Assembly (NCBI RefSeq): GCF_006345805.1
Contig: NW_021835342.1
Coordinates: forward strand, 1 to 41,400
Reading direction: 5' to 3'
Length of the DNA stretch: 41,400 nt
DNA from: Octopus sinensis
Lineage: Eukaryota
Both the position numbers and the translations under genes were made by a program. Positions 12,931-25,194 of the stretch are shown in pieces. Below the pieces are notes generated by a model. That model searched no databases, was not told the origin of the DNA, and saw only the letters and a list, made by a program, of their open reading frames with translations. The number at the start of each line of letters is the position of its first letter. Positions within the stretch are counted from its first letter, which is position 1.

Positions 12931-13005
<75 letters not shown>
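12490..13005. repeat. Degenerate (GGAT/AGAT)n tract followed by (CA)n/(TACA)n/(TA)n
   Basis: Directly visible low-complexity sequence. Confidence 0.85.
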
Positions 13006-13141
13006 GTGGGTTGATGAATGGTTGTACGAGCAAACAAGTAGACTGAATTACAGCTTTTCCCTCATTTTTCTTTAAGGGCTACAGATGTGTAAGGTTCCCA
13101 ACATGCATTAACCTGAAGAAATTCAGAAAAAATATCATCAG

Positions 13142-13192
<51 letters not shown>

Positions 13193-13475
13193 TACCATCA
13201 TCATCATCATCATCATCATAATTTCCAGTCCGAAGACACCCATTTTGGGATTAGAGGGGTGAATACCACTTTGTGGTCCATGAATGCTGACCTCCTCTCC
13301 GGGAGATCATTAAAGGTTGATCCTTCTATGACTAAATAGAGGAGAAATTCGACAAATAAACAAATAAATCTACGTTTCCCCCCACCACACACACACAGTC
13401 TAATATATATTCTTTTATTTCTCGTCAAGATGGTTCACACTTCTCACGTACAATTTCATATATTCTTGTATTTAG

Positions 13476-14220
13476 GGCGTTGAACTAGCAGAAATGTTAG
13501 GACGCCAGACAAAATGCTTTGCGACATTTCGCTTGTCATGACAATCTAAGTTCAAATTCCGGCGAGGTCGACTCACCTTTTAACCTTTCGGCGTCAATAA
13601 AATCAATACTAGCCGAGCATTGAGATCGATGTAATCGATTATCACCCCTTCCCCTAATATCAGGCCTTGAGCCAACAAGAGAAAGAATTATATTCTGGCA
13701 TTAGGGCGGTGGATTGGTAGAATAGTATGAACGTTGACAAAATACCTTGTGGTATTTGCTCCACCTCTTTACGCTCTCGGTTCGAATTCCGCACCGGCAA
13801 ACTTTGCATTTCAAACTTTCTGAGTTGGAAAAATAAAAGTATCAGTCAAGTACTGGAGTCGATTTAATTGACTATCGATCCGTGACAATATATATAATGA
13901 GCCAGTTTAATATATATAAGAAGGCAAAATCCCTGCCACGCCACTGGAACGCTAAGGGCAAGTGAAAAAGGCACTGGTTGAGGTACACAGCCATCTCATC
14001 AATATCATGTGTTTATAAAGGGCAGCAAACTGGTAAAATGCTTAGAGGGATTTCGTCCGTCTTTACGTTCGGAGTTCAAATTCCGCCGAGGTCGACTTTT
14101 CCTTTTATCTTTTCGGGGTCGATAAATTAAGTACCAGTTGAGCACTGAGGTCGACGTAATCGACTTAAGTTCTTTCCCGAAATAGCTGGCCTTGTACCAA
14201 AATCTGCAACCGATATTATT
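13476..14220 (+). mobile_element. Three diverged SINE family B copies
   Basis: Heads at ~13476, ~13704 and ~14020, each with a gttc(a/g)aattcc B-box and a degenerate gtcgataaa..agtacc domain. Confidence 0.7.
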
Positions 14221-14312
14221 AGTGCCAACACGACTGAACTTGCGCATGCACATACGTACGCACAACCTATCAGTCACTCGCACATACGCACAAGCTCTCT
14301 CTACTTCCCTCA

Positions 14313-14348
<36 letters not shown>

Positions 14349-14479
14349 CCTTTTTCTCTCTCTCACTCTCTCTTTCTCTCTCGCTAAGGAGGGATCCCAT
14401 GGAATGTGATAAGGCCAAAGAAAGAAAACAGAACCAGGATGATACTGAAATGCTAAAGAGAAATGTTTAAATGCTTACG

Positions 14480-14840
14480 GAGATGGCTTCCCAGCCACAT
14501 GGTTCTGGGTTCAGTCCCACTGCGTGGCACCTTAGGCATGTGTCTTCTACTATTTATATATATATGTGTGTGAGTGTGTGTGTATGTGTTTGTGTGAGTG
14601 TGTCTGTCTGTGCGTATGTGTGTGTATGTGTGTGTGTTTGTGTGTGTTGCCTCCCCAGCACCGCTTGACAACCGATGATGATGTGTTTGCCTCCCTGTAA
14701 CTTAGCGTTTCGGTTAAAGAGACCGCTGGAATAAGTACGAGGTTTTAAAAAGTGTCCTGGCGGATCGATAACTAAAAACCCTTGAAGACAGTGCCCCAGC
14801 ATGGCCGCAGCCAAATGGCTGAAACAAGTAAAAGATTAAA
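14480..14840 (+). mobile_element. SINE family C copy with internal (TG)n
   Basis: gcttcccagccacatggttctgggttcagtccc head, internal microsatellite, and cagcatggccgcag...gaaacaagtaaaag tail. Confidence 0.85.
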
Positions 14841-15062
14841 GATATGAGGATGAGCCAACAAGAGTGCTTCAGCGTGTTTGTTCGACTTGCTGAAAATAGT
14901 AGCCGAATGCCTCTTAAATCATATGCTGCTGCTCAAACTAAGGATATAATGGATATTATAATATTGATTTTAAATTTTGTTAAAAGGCCGGCAACCGAGA
15001 GGGAGTGGGGTGGGGCAAGTCGATTCCATCGTTCCCAGCATTCAACTGGGCTTATTTTATCG

Positions 15063-15387
15063 GTGAAGGCGCGTGGCTTAGTGGTTAGGGCATTCGACTG
15101 ACGATTGTAAGGTCGTGAGTTCGATTCCCGGCGATGCGTTGTGTCCTTGAGCAAGACACTTTATTTCACGTTGCTCCAGTCCACTCAGCTGGCAAAAATG
15201 AGTTGTACCTGTATTTTAAAGGGCCGGCCTTGTCACACTCTGTGTCACGCTGAATCTCCCTGAAAACTACGTTAAGGGTACTTGTGTCTGTGGATTGCTC
15301 AGTCACTGGCACGTTAATTCCACGAGCAAGCTGTTCCGTTGATCGTATCAGCTCGGACCCTCATCGTCGTAACCGACGGAGTGCTCC
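15063..15387 (+). mobile_element. SINE family A inserted into a minus-strand SINE B (~14965-15510)
   Basis: Full tRNA-like head and tail. 10-bp target duplication TATTTTATCG at 15053-15062 and 15396-15405, inside the SINE B domain. Confidence 0.9.
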
Positions 15388-16204
15388 TATATATATATTT
15401 TATCGACCTTGAACGGATTAAAGGCAAAGTCGACCTCGGCAGAATTTGAACTCAGAATGTACCCTATGCATTTTGCCAGACGTGCTAACGATTCTGCCAG
15501 CTTGCCGCCGCCCTGTGTAATGTCAAATTAGATCGATGACTTCCGTTCAATAGACTGGTCGCGGCCAGAACGGTTTCTATCGTAGCTGAACCGGGAGTGA
15601 TGTATTATTGCTATGGACGCTATTGCTAAGGGAAGAACGTTTTGTTGGTGATGTGACAATGCTTTCTAGGAAGACAAAAATACTCGTTATCTGCAATGAT
15701 TAACCAAATATCGAATCAAAAGAAATAATTCTTGTTTATTTCAGTTATTATTCGTCCGTTTTCTATTTCGTTTCTGCTTTTATTTATGAAGATGAAATCT
15801 TTTCAAGAAGCTTCGATTTTTTCATTCGCTTATTGAATCTTTTGAAGTAAAGCGAGTGATGGTGCAAGAATAAACACCATCGTAGCATATGACGAATATG
15901 AAGAATAAACATCAGTAGCATAATGCTTTTCTTCAGCATTGGATTGAAGTATAGGGTGGTGCAAATGAAATGTTGTGACATTCATTATTCTCACCATACA
16001 TGCCAGGATGCTAATGAAAAATCAATGTAATTAAGAATCGTTATCACAAATGAGAGTATCTTACCGCCCATCAATCGCCAAACTGACACCTATATTTGCA
16101 TGTATACACACAAACATACATGCTATATACATACACACACAATTATATAGAGATATAGTTTTTCTTAGTAATCTTGTTACTAAATTTTCTACTTGTAGAC
16201 TTAC

Positions 16205-16358
16205 GCAGGGCTATGTGATAAGACGTTTGCTTCCCAACCACATGATTGCAGGTTCGTTCCCACTGCGTGGAAACTTGGGCAAATCTCTTCTAATATAGCC
16301 TCGGGCAGACCAAAGCTTTGTGAGTTAATTTGGTAGACGGAAACTGAAAGAAACCCGT

Positions 16359-16360
<2 letters not shown>
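16205..16360 (+). mobile_element. SINE family C 5' half running into a compound microsatellite
   Basis: ttgcttcccaaccacatg...ggtagacggaaactgaaagaaacccgtc followed by (TA)n. Confidence 0.8.
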
Positions 16361-16403
<43 letters not shown>

Positions 16404-16566
16404 TAAGTAATCAATTATTTGTTATTATTGATAATTTTACCCTTTGTTATTATTGATAATTAATTAATTTTACCCTTTGTTATTATATATATATATATAT
16501 ATATATACATATAGATAGATAGATAGATAGATATATAGATAGATAGATAGATAATACATACATACA

Positions 16567-16598
<32 letters not shown>

Positions 16599-16669
16599 CA
16601 TATATACATACATGCATACATACATAACGTGCTTGCATGTGTATGTACGTATGTATATAGTAATGCGGG

Positions 16670-16726
<57 letters not shown>

Positions 16727-17329
16727 TTGCTTCTCTCTTTCAGTCACTTCTTTTCCCTCGCGCGCGGGCATTGTGTGTTTTAATAGGTATATTGTTTGAT
16801 GCGTTCGTTGCGTTGTATTTCGCTTTGTTGTTCAATTGCTAGTTTAATAGAATCCCCGCAGTTGAATAGTCTGTGGACCTCATACATCGCGCTTCGTTTG
16901 TAAGTAGGGAGAAGCTATATGCTTTTCTATGTAGGTATTTTAACCCATATTTTATATCTGAGTAAACATTTACTATCTCTTTGTTATTATATGAATTTAA
17001 TCATGTCTTTAGAATAAAAGGAACTGACATACCTCTTTCTTTCTGTCCGACTGCTTATGTCTCATATCTAGATATGGAATTATTTTATTGCTAAGAGTTT
17101 AATTCGAGCTATTTATAGCAATGAATAATATGTCATTACCAAGCGAAATAGAATGCAACAAATATATTTGCTACAACGCTTTGCTAAAATTATTCAAAGA
17201 CAGATACAAAGAGGGTGTTATCACAAACAAATACATAATTTACTATAGACTACATGGGCCCATAAAAAATCTCTACTATAGAACTGAGGATGCGTTATAC
17301 CAAATAATGAATGACCAGTAACAGTCCTT

Positions 17330-17527
17330 TCTGCTATAAGCACAAGGCCTAATATTTGATAGGCGCAAGGAAGAGATCTAGTCGATGATATCGGCCCCAG
17401 TGTTTCAGTGGTACTGATCGTATCGACCCCGAAATGATGTAGGTTAAGTTAACCTCGGCGAAACTTGAACATAGAAATGTCGCTAAGCATTTTGTCGACC
17501 GTGCTAACGATTCTGCCAGCTCTCCAC
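17330..17527 (-). mobile_element. SINE family B copy
   Basis: tcgaccccgaaatgatg...aacctcggcg...gtgctaacgattctgccagctc. Confidence 0.75.
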
Positions 17528-17564
17528 TTTTTCAATAAAAAAAAAAAATAATATAATAATAATA

Positions 17565-17626
<62 letters not shown>

Positions 17627-17960
17627 GCCCGGATGCATTGGATCTCATGGCTGCTGATCTTAACTAATTGGAAGTGTTATCATGTACATTGTTTTGTCTT
17701 GGTATAAAAGATGGGCTACTGCAAATATTCTGCTCAATACCACAGATTTGCTTGTCAGTTGCTTGACCTTAACAAATTGACCATGTCCCTTAGTGGCTGA
17801 CGATGTGTGCATCTCTGATCATATGCAGAAGTAGTGGGAGGAGCATCATAGCCGTGTGTTGAAAGGACTTCTTGGAGTTTTGGTAAGTCATGATGGGTAT
17901 ACTGGGCTTCGTATATTTTACCCCAGTGTCATTTTGATGGCATGCACTGTTCTCTCACTC

Positions 17961-18025
<65 letters not shown>

Positions 18026-18080
18026 TAATAACACTGAAAAATACCTCAGGAATGAGAACCCAGGATCGAAACTTCCCCAA

Positions 18081-18126
18081 GACACCTGATGAAGGCTGGA
18101 GGGTATATCAGCCGAAACGTTGTGTT
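18081..18126 (+). ncRNA. Minimal type I hammerhead ribozyme
   Basis: gacac-CTGATGA-a-ggctg gagggtatat cagcc-GAAA-CG-TT-gtgtt. Stem III is the ACGT palindrome (dimer type); predicted cut after 18121 (GUU). Confidence 0.8.
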
Positions 18127-18165
18127 GACAACAAATAAAATGAGGATAAATATCCGTCAAATGTA

Positions 18166-18234
<69 letters not shown>

Positions 18235-18604
18235 TAATAATATAATAAATGCCGGATGCATTGGATCTCATGGCTGCTGATCTTAACTAATTGGAAGTGT
18301 TATCATGTACATTGTTTTGTCTTGGTATAAAAGATGGGCTACTGCAAATATTCTGCTCAATACCACAGATTTGCTTGTCAGTTGCTTGACCTTAACAAAT
18401 TGACCATGTCCCTTAGTGGCTGACGATGTGTGCATCTCTGATCATATGCAGAAGTAGTGGGAGGAGCATCATAGCCGTGTGTTGAAAGGACTTCTTGGAG
18501 TTTTGGTAAGTCATGATGGGTATACTGGGCTTCGTATATTTTACCCCAGTGTCATTTTGATGGCATGCACTGTTCTCTCACTCAATAATAATAATAATAA
18601 TATA

Positions 18605-18645
<41 letters not shown>

Positions 18646-18710
18646 TAATAATATAATAATACACTGAAAAATACCTCAGGAATGAGAACCCAGGATCGAA
18701 ACTTCCCCAA

Positions 18711-18756
18711 GACACCTGATTAAGGCTGGAGGGTATATCAGCCGAAACGTTGTGTT
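18711..18756 (+). ncRNA. Second tandem hammerhead copy with G8U core mutation
   Basis: Identical to 18081-18126 except CTGATTA (position 18721). Confidence 0.7.
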
Positions 18757-18795
18757 GACAACAAATAAAATGAGGATAAATATCCGTCAAATGTA

Positions 18796-18864
<69 letters not shown>

Positions 18865-19767
18865 GACATACAGTACGAAACCTAGGGGTCGAGGTGGTAT
18901 AGTTGTTTAAGTAGACTTCAGTACATCCCTGTTTCTTTATTTTACCGTCACTTGAATTATGAAAGCTAATTTTCACTCCAGCAGGATATGAACTCAAAAC
19001 GAAAGAGCCGAAGAAGATAAGCTAATGTTCAGCATAGAAATAACTGATGAGTGTAAGGCGTGGTCGACCAAAATCTGTTCTAATGCGTCGGGAGTCATTT
19101 TTATTGTTTTTTTAGAGATTCCAGAAGAATCGAAATCGCACAGTTGATATCGGTCAGATTTGAACTCGGTGACTTCCCCTTTTATTTCGATCCCAGCCCA
19201 GACCTCTCGGACTTCCGTCACAGATACCAGTTACAAAACTAAAAATTATTTAATTGATTTCTCTTCCCTTTTCCTTTCTCTACATTTAGTTGATATTTCG
19301 TTATCGATTTCCAACCGCTTACATTATTCCTTCCCCACCCCACCCCCACCGCCACTTTTTCTCTGCTTTGATATTCGTGTATTTTCTGTTGATTCTGTTG
19401 TGGTTGTTGTCCCTATTGTTGATGGTCATGCTATTAATATAGTTGTTCGGCTTGTTCTTCCTCCTTAAATTCCTTTTTTCAGGAGGCAGTTGTTATTGTT
19501 GCTGTTGTATTTTCCCCTTTCAGTTTCCATAGCAACCACGTTTTAATTAAGAAGCTTTGTTCATTAGTCCTGAATTCTGCTGTTTCGGGCGTGTGTGGGG
19601 TGCGTGTCTGCGTTTGTGTATTGTGACTGATGTCCATCGTGCATATTCTCTGCGTGGTGGCAGGTTTTATTGTCTGTGTTCCATGCACATGCATACACAT
19701 GCATACATCCACACATACAAGACAAGCGCAGACTCGTGTCCTTGTGCATGGAATTTGATTGAGAAAT

Positions 19768-19802
<35 letters not shown>

Positions 19803-20845
19803 AACACATATATATATTCAACAGCTTCTCTTTATTAAACAATGCGTCTCCTCCAAAATATGCATTAGCAGAGTCACACAAAATGGCTGATCGTTAGTAA
19901 GGAGAGACACACAAGTAAGAAAGAAGAAAGCAAAGGACCACTGATGAGGTCACAGTAGTGTGACGAAAGAACTCTGGCCGAAATAAGATTATGATTAATG
20001 TAAAATGAATAAATAAATAAATAAATAAAGCTGAAGCAAATTAACACCAAATATATAGTGCGTGTGTTTTTATTGGCTAAACTGGCAACATGACCATTCC
20101 GAAATACAACAATATATATTTCAACACACGATTTCACATCAAGAATGTTGCAAAACAAATATATAAACGTGTATATATATATATATATAAAGGAAAATAG
20201 AGTGTTCAAACTGACATATGTTAATTTATTAACGTAATATTAATAATCGCTACAATTGTTTCGATTCAATCTCAAAACCAATAACAAACTTATAAAAATT
20301 CATATTTTGGAAACATTTTGTGTATAAATCTTATCAGAGTAAATCAGGACAAAAAATTACATATCAAATGTTTGAGCTCCTTAAACAGACCAAGCTAATG
20401 AATATATGTCTCTGTATGTACGAGTGAGCATCAATAACAGTTTCTTTAAAAAATTTATGAAAAACTAATATAACGGTTATAAATATATATATCAAACGTA
20501 TATGTGTATATTTAAGGATATCAATTTAAGTATGTTTTGGCGCGTTAGGATTTTAAAACAGAAGCCATTAGTTATGAATCTATGGTGGGACAGTAAATAT
20601 TTACTTAAGCTTCTATACGGTTAGGGAAAAAAAACTTCTCTTAAACATATATTTATTCAGAAAAACACTCTTTATCCTCAATACGCCTACATTAAATAAT
20701 ATTATAAACTATGCTATAATTATTATTATTTATTATTATCATTACCAATATTTATGCGTTCGTAAAATAATCCAATCAAAAGTTACGTGTTAACTGCTTT
20801 TATTTCAGAGAGCATAAATTATAAGCTCATGTTATTTTATATACG

Positions 20846-21217
20846 CTCTTTTACTTGTTTCAGTCATTTGACTGCGGCCATGCTGGAGTACCGCCTTTAG
20901 TCGAGCAAATCGACCCCAGGACTTATTCTTTGTAAACCTAGTACTTATTCTATCGGTCTTTTTTGCCGAACCGCTAAGTTACGAGGACGTAAACACACTA
21001 CCATCGGTTGTCAAGCGATGTTGGGGGGACAAACACAAACACACAAACACACATACACATATATATGACGGGCTTCTTTCAGTTTCCGTCTACCAAATCC
21101 ACTCACAAGGCTTTGGTCGGCCCGAGGCTATAGTAGAAGACACTTGCCCAAGGTGCCACGCAGTGTGACTGAACCCGGAACCATGTGGTTGGTAAGCAAG
21201 CTACATACCACACAGAC
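20846..21217 (-). mobile_element. Near full-length SINE family C
   Basis: Head, short internal (TA/TG) tract and tail are contiguous; used as the reference for the family. Confidence 0.9.
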
Positions 21218-21400
21218 AATGTTTATAAATATAAACAAATATTTGTTTTTTATAGGAGTCGAAATGTGTATTGCAGGATTTAAATAAGATGATATTTTTT
21301 CGAACACAGAATTGCTGTTAGAACAGCAGAAGTGGTGGGTAAATTACCCTTAAAAAGCGGCGGGAAAATTTCTCAAAAACAGTCAGGGTGTCCCATGGAT

Positions 21401-21478
<78 letters not shown>

Positions 21479-21482
21479 ATAT

Positions 21483-21534
<52 letters not shown>

Positions 21535-21551
21535 ATGATGCGAAGGATTCA

Positions 21552-21629
21552 GCGGTACATATGTTTCGGGCCTTTATTAGACAGATTTATAACAATGCAT
21601 AATGTATGTCTGTGGCCTTCTTCAGCCGC
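21552..21629 (-). ncRNA. Type I hammerhead ribozyme (left arm)
   Basis: Mirror copy of 21891-21968. Confidence 0.8.
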
Positions 21630-21890
21630 GCACAACAGCTTCCACAAGGACATGTGTTACATCAAAAATCTTGGTTGGGGATGCAAATCCTCTCATTCGC
21701 GTACGACATAATGCGGCAGCATGAATTGAAGCGTCCATCTCTTTCTTCTCTCATTCTACATTGAGAGAAGAAAGAGATGGACGCTTCAATTCTATGCTGC
21801 TGCCGCATTATGTCGTACGCGAATGAGAGGATTTGCATCCCCAACCAAGAATTTTTGATGTAACACATGTCCTTGTGGAAGCTGTTGTGC

Positions 21891-21968
21891 GCGGCTGAAG
21901 AAGGCCACAGACATACATTATGCATTGTTATAAATCTGTTAATAAAAGGCCCGAAACATATGTACCGC
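21891..21968 (+). ncRNA. Type I hammerhead ribozyme (right arm), intact core
   Basis: gcgg-CTGAAGA-a-ggcc acaga...tctgt...ggcc-c-GAAA-CATATG-TA-ccgc. Perfect stem I and palindromic stem III; predicted cut after 21964. Confidence 0.85.
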
Positions 21969-22096
21969 TGAATCCTTCGCATCATGTTTTTATTTTGATC
22001 AATTACTCCACCACCTACACCACCAACGGTATACACAGGTGCTTATAATTATCAAGTACTCACCCCGAATTTCTATATATATATATATATATTTAT

Positions 22097-22283
22097 TATA
22101 TAGAAGGAGCTTCTACAGGACTATACTGTTTCATCAAGAGAAATCTTCAGGAGCTCCTGAAGATTTCTCTTGAATGAAACAGTACTAGTCCTGTAGAACT
22201 CCTTCTATATATAATTAATTTTACTCTGCTATGTATTGAGTACCTTACTTACTGTGGTTACCCCCGATCAACCCGGGACCTAC
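22097..22283. mobile_element. Short PLE-like palindrome centred on GAGCTC (22151-22156) with truncated hammerhead in each arm
   Basis: tatagaaggagcttctacaggacta...cttcaggag|ctcctgaag...tagtcctgtagaactccttctata. The right arm reads CTGAAGA-tttc tctt gaat-GAAA-CAGTACTAG-TC. Confidence 0.7.
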
Positions 22284-22737
22284 ATATATATATATATATA
22301 TATATATACACCGTATGCGTACAAGTAAAGGTCGAGATTTTCAAACGATTTTAAAGCCTCACTTTAATACATCGACTACTTTTTCACTTTTAATTTGGGT
22401 CAACATTTTAATTAGCAAGAGCCTAATCTATATATCATTGACAAAATACGAAAATTTATGATAGTTTATGCATGATTGTATACATCAAACACGTATACTT
22501 CTATGAAACTCTCATTGATGAACCATTGCCATCGCCGATTTCCTCTTTTATATATTTATCTTTGCCCTTTACTGACTTAGCATATATAGTGTCGAAGTAC
22601 TTTTCGATATTTTCCGAAATCCACCATTGATGAAAAATTTCAAGCACACATCAGAAGCTACTTGGCATCGCAGTGACGCACGTCCATTACATGTTCGCAA
22701 CTCATCACGTTTTGCTTTTAGTTGCACATACTTTTTT

Positions 22738-23119
22738 TGGAAGCACTCCGTCGGTTACGACGATGAGGGTTCCGGTTGATCCGACCAACGGAACAGCCTG
22801 CTCGTGAAATTAACGTGTAAGTGGCTGAGCACTCCACAGACACGTCTACCTTTAACGTAGTTCTCGGGGATATTCAGCGTGACACAGAGAGTGACAAGGG
22901 TGGCCCTTTGAAATACAGGTACAACAGAAACAGGAAGTAAGAGTGAGAGAAAGTTGTGGTGAAAGAGAACAGCAGGGATCACCACCATCCCTGCCGTAAC
23001 CTCGTGGAGCTTTTAGGTGTTTTCGCTCAATAAACACTCACAACGCCCGGTCTGGGAATCGAAACCGCGATCCTACGACCGCGAGTCCGCTGCCCTAACC
23101 ACTGGGCCATTGCGCCTCC
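22738..23119 (-). mobile_element. Full-length SINE family A (long variant)
   Basis: Reverse complement of 34754-35135. Imperfect 13-bp TSD agttgcacatact / agctgcaaatact. Confidence 0.92.
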
Positions 23120-23389
23120 AGCTGCAAATACTGGCCTCTAAATCACAAATGGGACAATCCATAGTGATAAGAAGTCAATTAACAAAACGTCTATGAATTT
23201 AAAGAAAGAATTTCCGTACAAATTACAATGCTCCAGTGCACACGACCCATAGATTATTGTAAACTAAACCTGCAGCCGTAGAAGGAGTGTAACTCCATAA
23301 TGATATTAGGCATTGAACTCAGAGTTAGCCGTTGTCTTCAGTGTGGTTATTGTCAGTAAACCCCTTATTTGTAATATATTGTATTACGA

Positions 23390-23590
23390 GGGCGGCAAGC
23401 CGGCAGATCGTTACCGCACCCTGGGATTCGTCCGTTTGTATGTTCTGAGTTCAAATTCCGCCAAGATCGACTTTACCTTTCATATTTTCAGGGCCGATAA
23501 AATAAGTACTAGTTGAGCGCTGGGGTCGATAGAATCCATTTATCCCAACCCAAAATCGCTGCTCTTCCTTCTGTCAAAATTTGAAACCAA
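23390..23590 (+). mobile_element. SINE family B copy
   Basis: ggcggcaagccggcaga...gttctgagttcaaattccgccaagatcgactttacctttcat. Confidence 0.75.
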
Positions 23591-23869
23591 CATAATATGG
23601 CTCAAGTTTACTTGTATGAAATAAATATCAAAATTTTGAAAGGCAATAACATACAAAAAAAATTTTTAGTAATCTTGTATTTACTCGAATACAATACCCG
23701 CCACACCAGCTGAACGGAACTTTCCTTAAATACACAATTTTTTTTTAATTACTTATGGTTGCAGAAACACAATTCTCACAAATTACCTGATAAACCCTTT
23801 TAATGCATACAAGAAAGCAAATTAGAAATACAAAATGGTTTTAAACTACAGTTTAGCTTAACCCTATCA

Positions 23870-24185
23870 GATACATAAGCCGCACTTAACCATCTTGCGT
23901 ACAACAGTCTATTCAATTCCTATAAAATCTCACTGGTCCTCATTTTGAGCGCCGAATAACGTTTTCCAGTCATCTGGAAGAATAATAACATTATACGGAT
24001 CCTCTTTATCTTTGATATCTACAGTCTTGGCTGTACATCAGTCATTTTCGCTTCGTCAGAATGTCCCATAGACAGTCGTCCAGTACGTTCAAAATCCCCC
24101 CTTTTTAATGATTATACTATAAGGTCAGTTTTTAACATCATCCCTGAGTCAGTCATCCATTCACAGGTCAGTAGCTGTGATACAG
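23870..24185 (-). pseudogene. pogo-superfamily transposase C-terminal fossil
   Basis: Minus strand reads CEWMTDSG..KTDLIV*SLKRGILNVLDDCLWD, then an acidic tail ..DWKTLFG..EDQ*DFIG. This resembles the pogo 'IIKSFKKCGISNALDG..LW...EDFxGF' end. A pogo-like subterminal motif ATAAGCCGCAC lies at ~23875. Confidence 0.55.
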
Positions 24186-24271
<86 letters not shown>

Positions 24272-24356
24272 AGGATGAAAAGGGACACACGAGTTGATAT
24301 ATATGAAAAAACAAGTCAAGATAGAAAATGCTAAAATAATTTTATAAAGAACATTT

Positions 24357-24393
24357 CAGTACCTGTTTCGGTCATTTGAGACCTTTTCAACTG
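24357..24393 (-). ncRNA. Hammerhead with U3:A8 core (left arm)
   Basis: cag-TTGAAAA-ggtc tcaaat gacc-GAAA-CAGG-TA-ctg. Confidence 0.7.
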
Positions 24394-24600
24394 TAACAAT
24401 TAAAAAATTAAATTTAGAAAAATTAAAAGCAAAGTTTTTTTAAAAGAATATTTGTATAGTGTTCAAATATAAGTGGCATTTTCCTTGTTACTGCCTTTCT
24501 CTGTCTCTCTTGAGAGACAGAGAAAGGCAGAAAAAAGGAAAAATATTCTTTTAAAAAAACTTGGCTTTTAATTTTTCTAAATTTAATTTTTTAATTGTTA

Positions 24601-24637
24601 CAGTTGAAAAGGTCTCAAATGACCGAAACCGGTACTG
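24601..24637 (+). ncRNA. Hammerhead with U3:A8 core (right arm)
   Basis: cag-TTGAAAA-ggtc tcaaat gacc-GAAA-CCGG-TA-ctg. Stem III palindrome ACCGGT; predicted cut after 24634. Confidence 0.78.
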
Positions 24638-24693
24638 AAATGTTCTTTATAAAATTATTTTAGCATTTTCTATCTTGACTTGTTTTTTCATAT

Positions 24694-24773
<80 letters not shown>

Positions 24774-24808
24774 ATATATATATGTATATATATATGCACA
24801 CCCATATA

Positions 24809-24864
<56 letters not shown>

Positions 24865-24941
24865 TATATGTATATATATTATATGTATATGTATATATAT
24901 GTATGTATATATATATACGTATATATATATATGTATGTATT

Positions 24942-25125
24942 GATAAAAATGGTAAGACAACAAAAGATTGAAAGAGACCTCGATATTATGTAAATAGAGG
25001 AATTTATCTGTAAATGTAATATTTGACAATTATTCGGTAGCCATGATAAAACTCTGAGTTTCGGAAGCCGATGTGGAAATCCACGCCGCCATCTCTTCAC
25101 GTCTCATATTACATTTACAGATATA
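24942..25125 (-). mobile_element. PLE-like fragment with truncated hammerhead and short 5' inversion
   Basis: Minus strand: (g)TGAAGA-stem II (gtgga/tccac)-GAAA-CTCAGAG-TT. 25106-25123 is an inverted copy of 25005-25022. Confidence 0.6.
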
Positions 25126-25194
25126 TGTGTATGTATTTATATATATCGTTGGCGATTTTCTTTCTCCGTCTTCCCTTCTTTGGACTTTTTCTAT

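Larger units (their letters stand above)
17623..18862 (+). repeat. ~625-630 bp tandem duplication: [X element-(AAT)n-HHR element-(AAT)n] x2
   Basis: 17623-17960 matches 18247-18583 and 18031-18168 matches 18661-18798. By eye, the only differences outside the microsatellites are one 1-nt indel and one substitution. Confidence 0.95.
21536..22072. mobile_element. PLE-like near-perfect fold-back, ~220-bp arms, in (TA)n
   Basis: 21536-21753 is the reverse complement of 21762-21985 around the loop ttctacat. The right arm carries a ~85 nt tail, and each arm holds a hammerhead. Confidence 0.85.
24271..24696. mobile_element. PLE-like fold-back centred at 24510-24511 in (TA)n
   Basis: 24298-24509 is the reverse complement of 24512-24696, apart from a ~25 nt indel. 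The left arm has the extra tail. Confidence 0.85.

Noticed and set aside
19044-19051. CTGATGAG core-like motif
   Set aside because: No stem II plus GAAA follows it.
18994-19221. 75-aa non-repetitive ORF (likewise 9278-9553, 15784-15981, 17121-17321, 32892-33098)
   Set aside because: No recognisable motif or convincing splice context, so it cannot be supported as a host exon without homology or RNA data.
22310-22385. CCGTA-starting pogo-like terminus as the end of the 23870-24185 fossil
   Set aside because: The resemblance is weak and no matching opposite TIR is visible.
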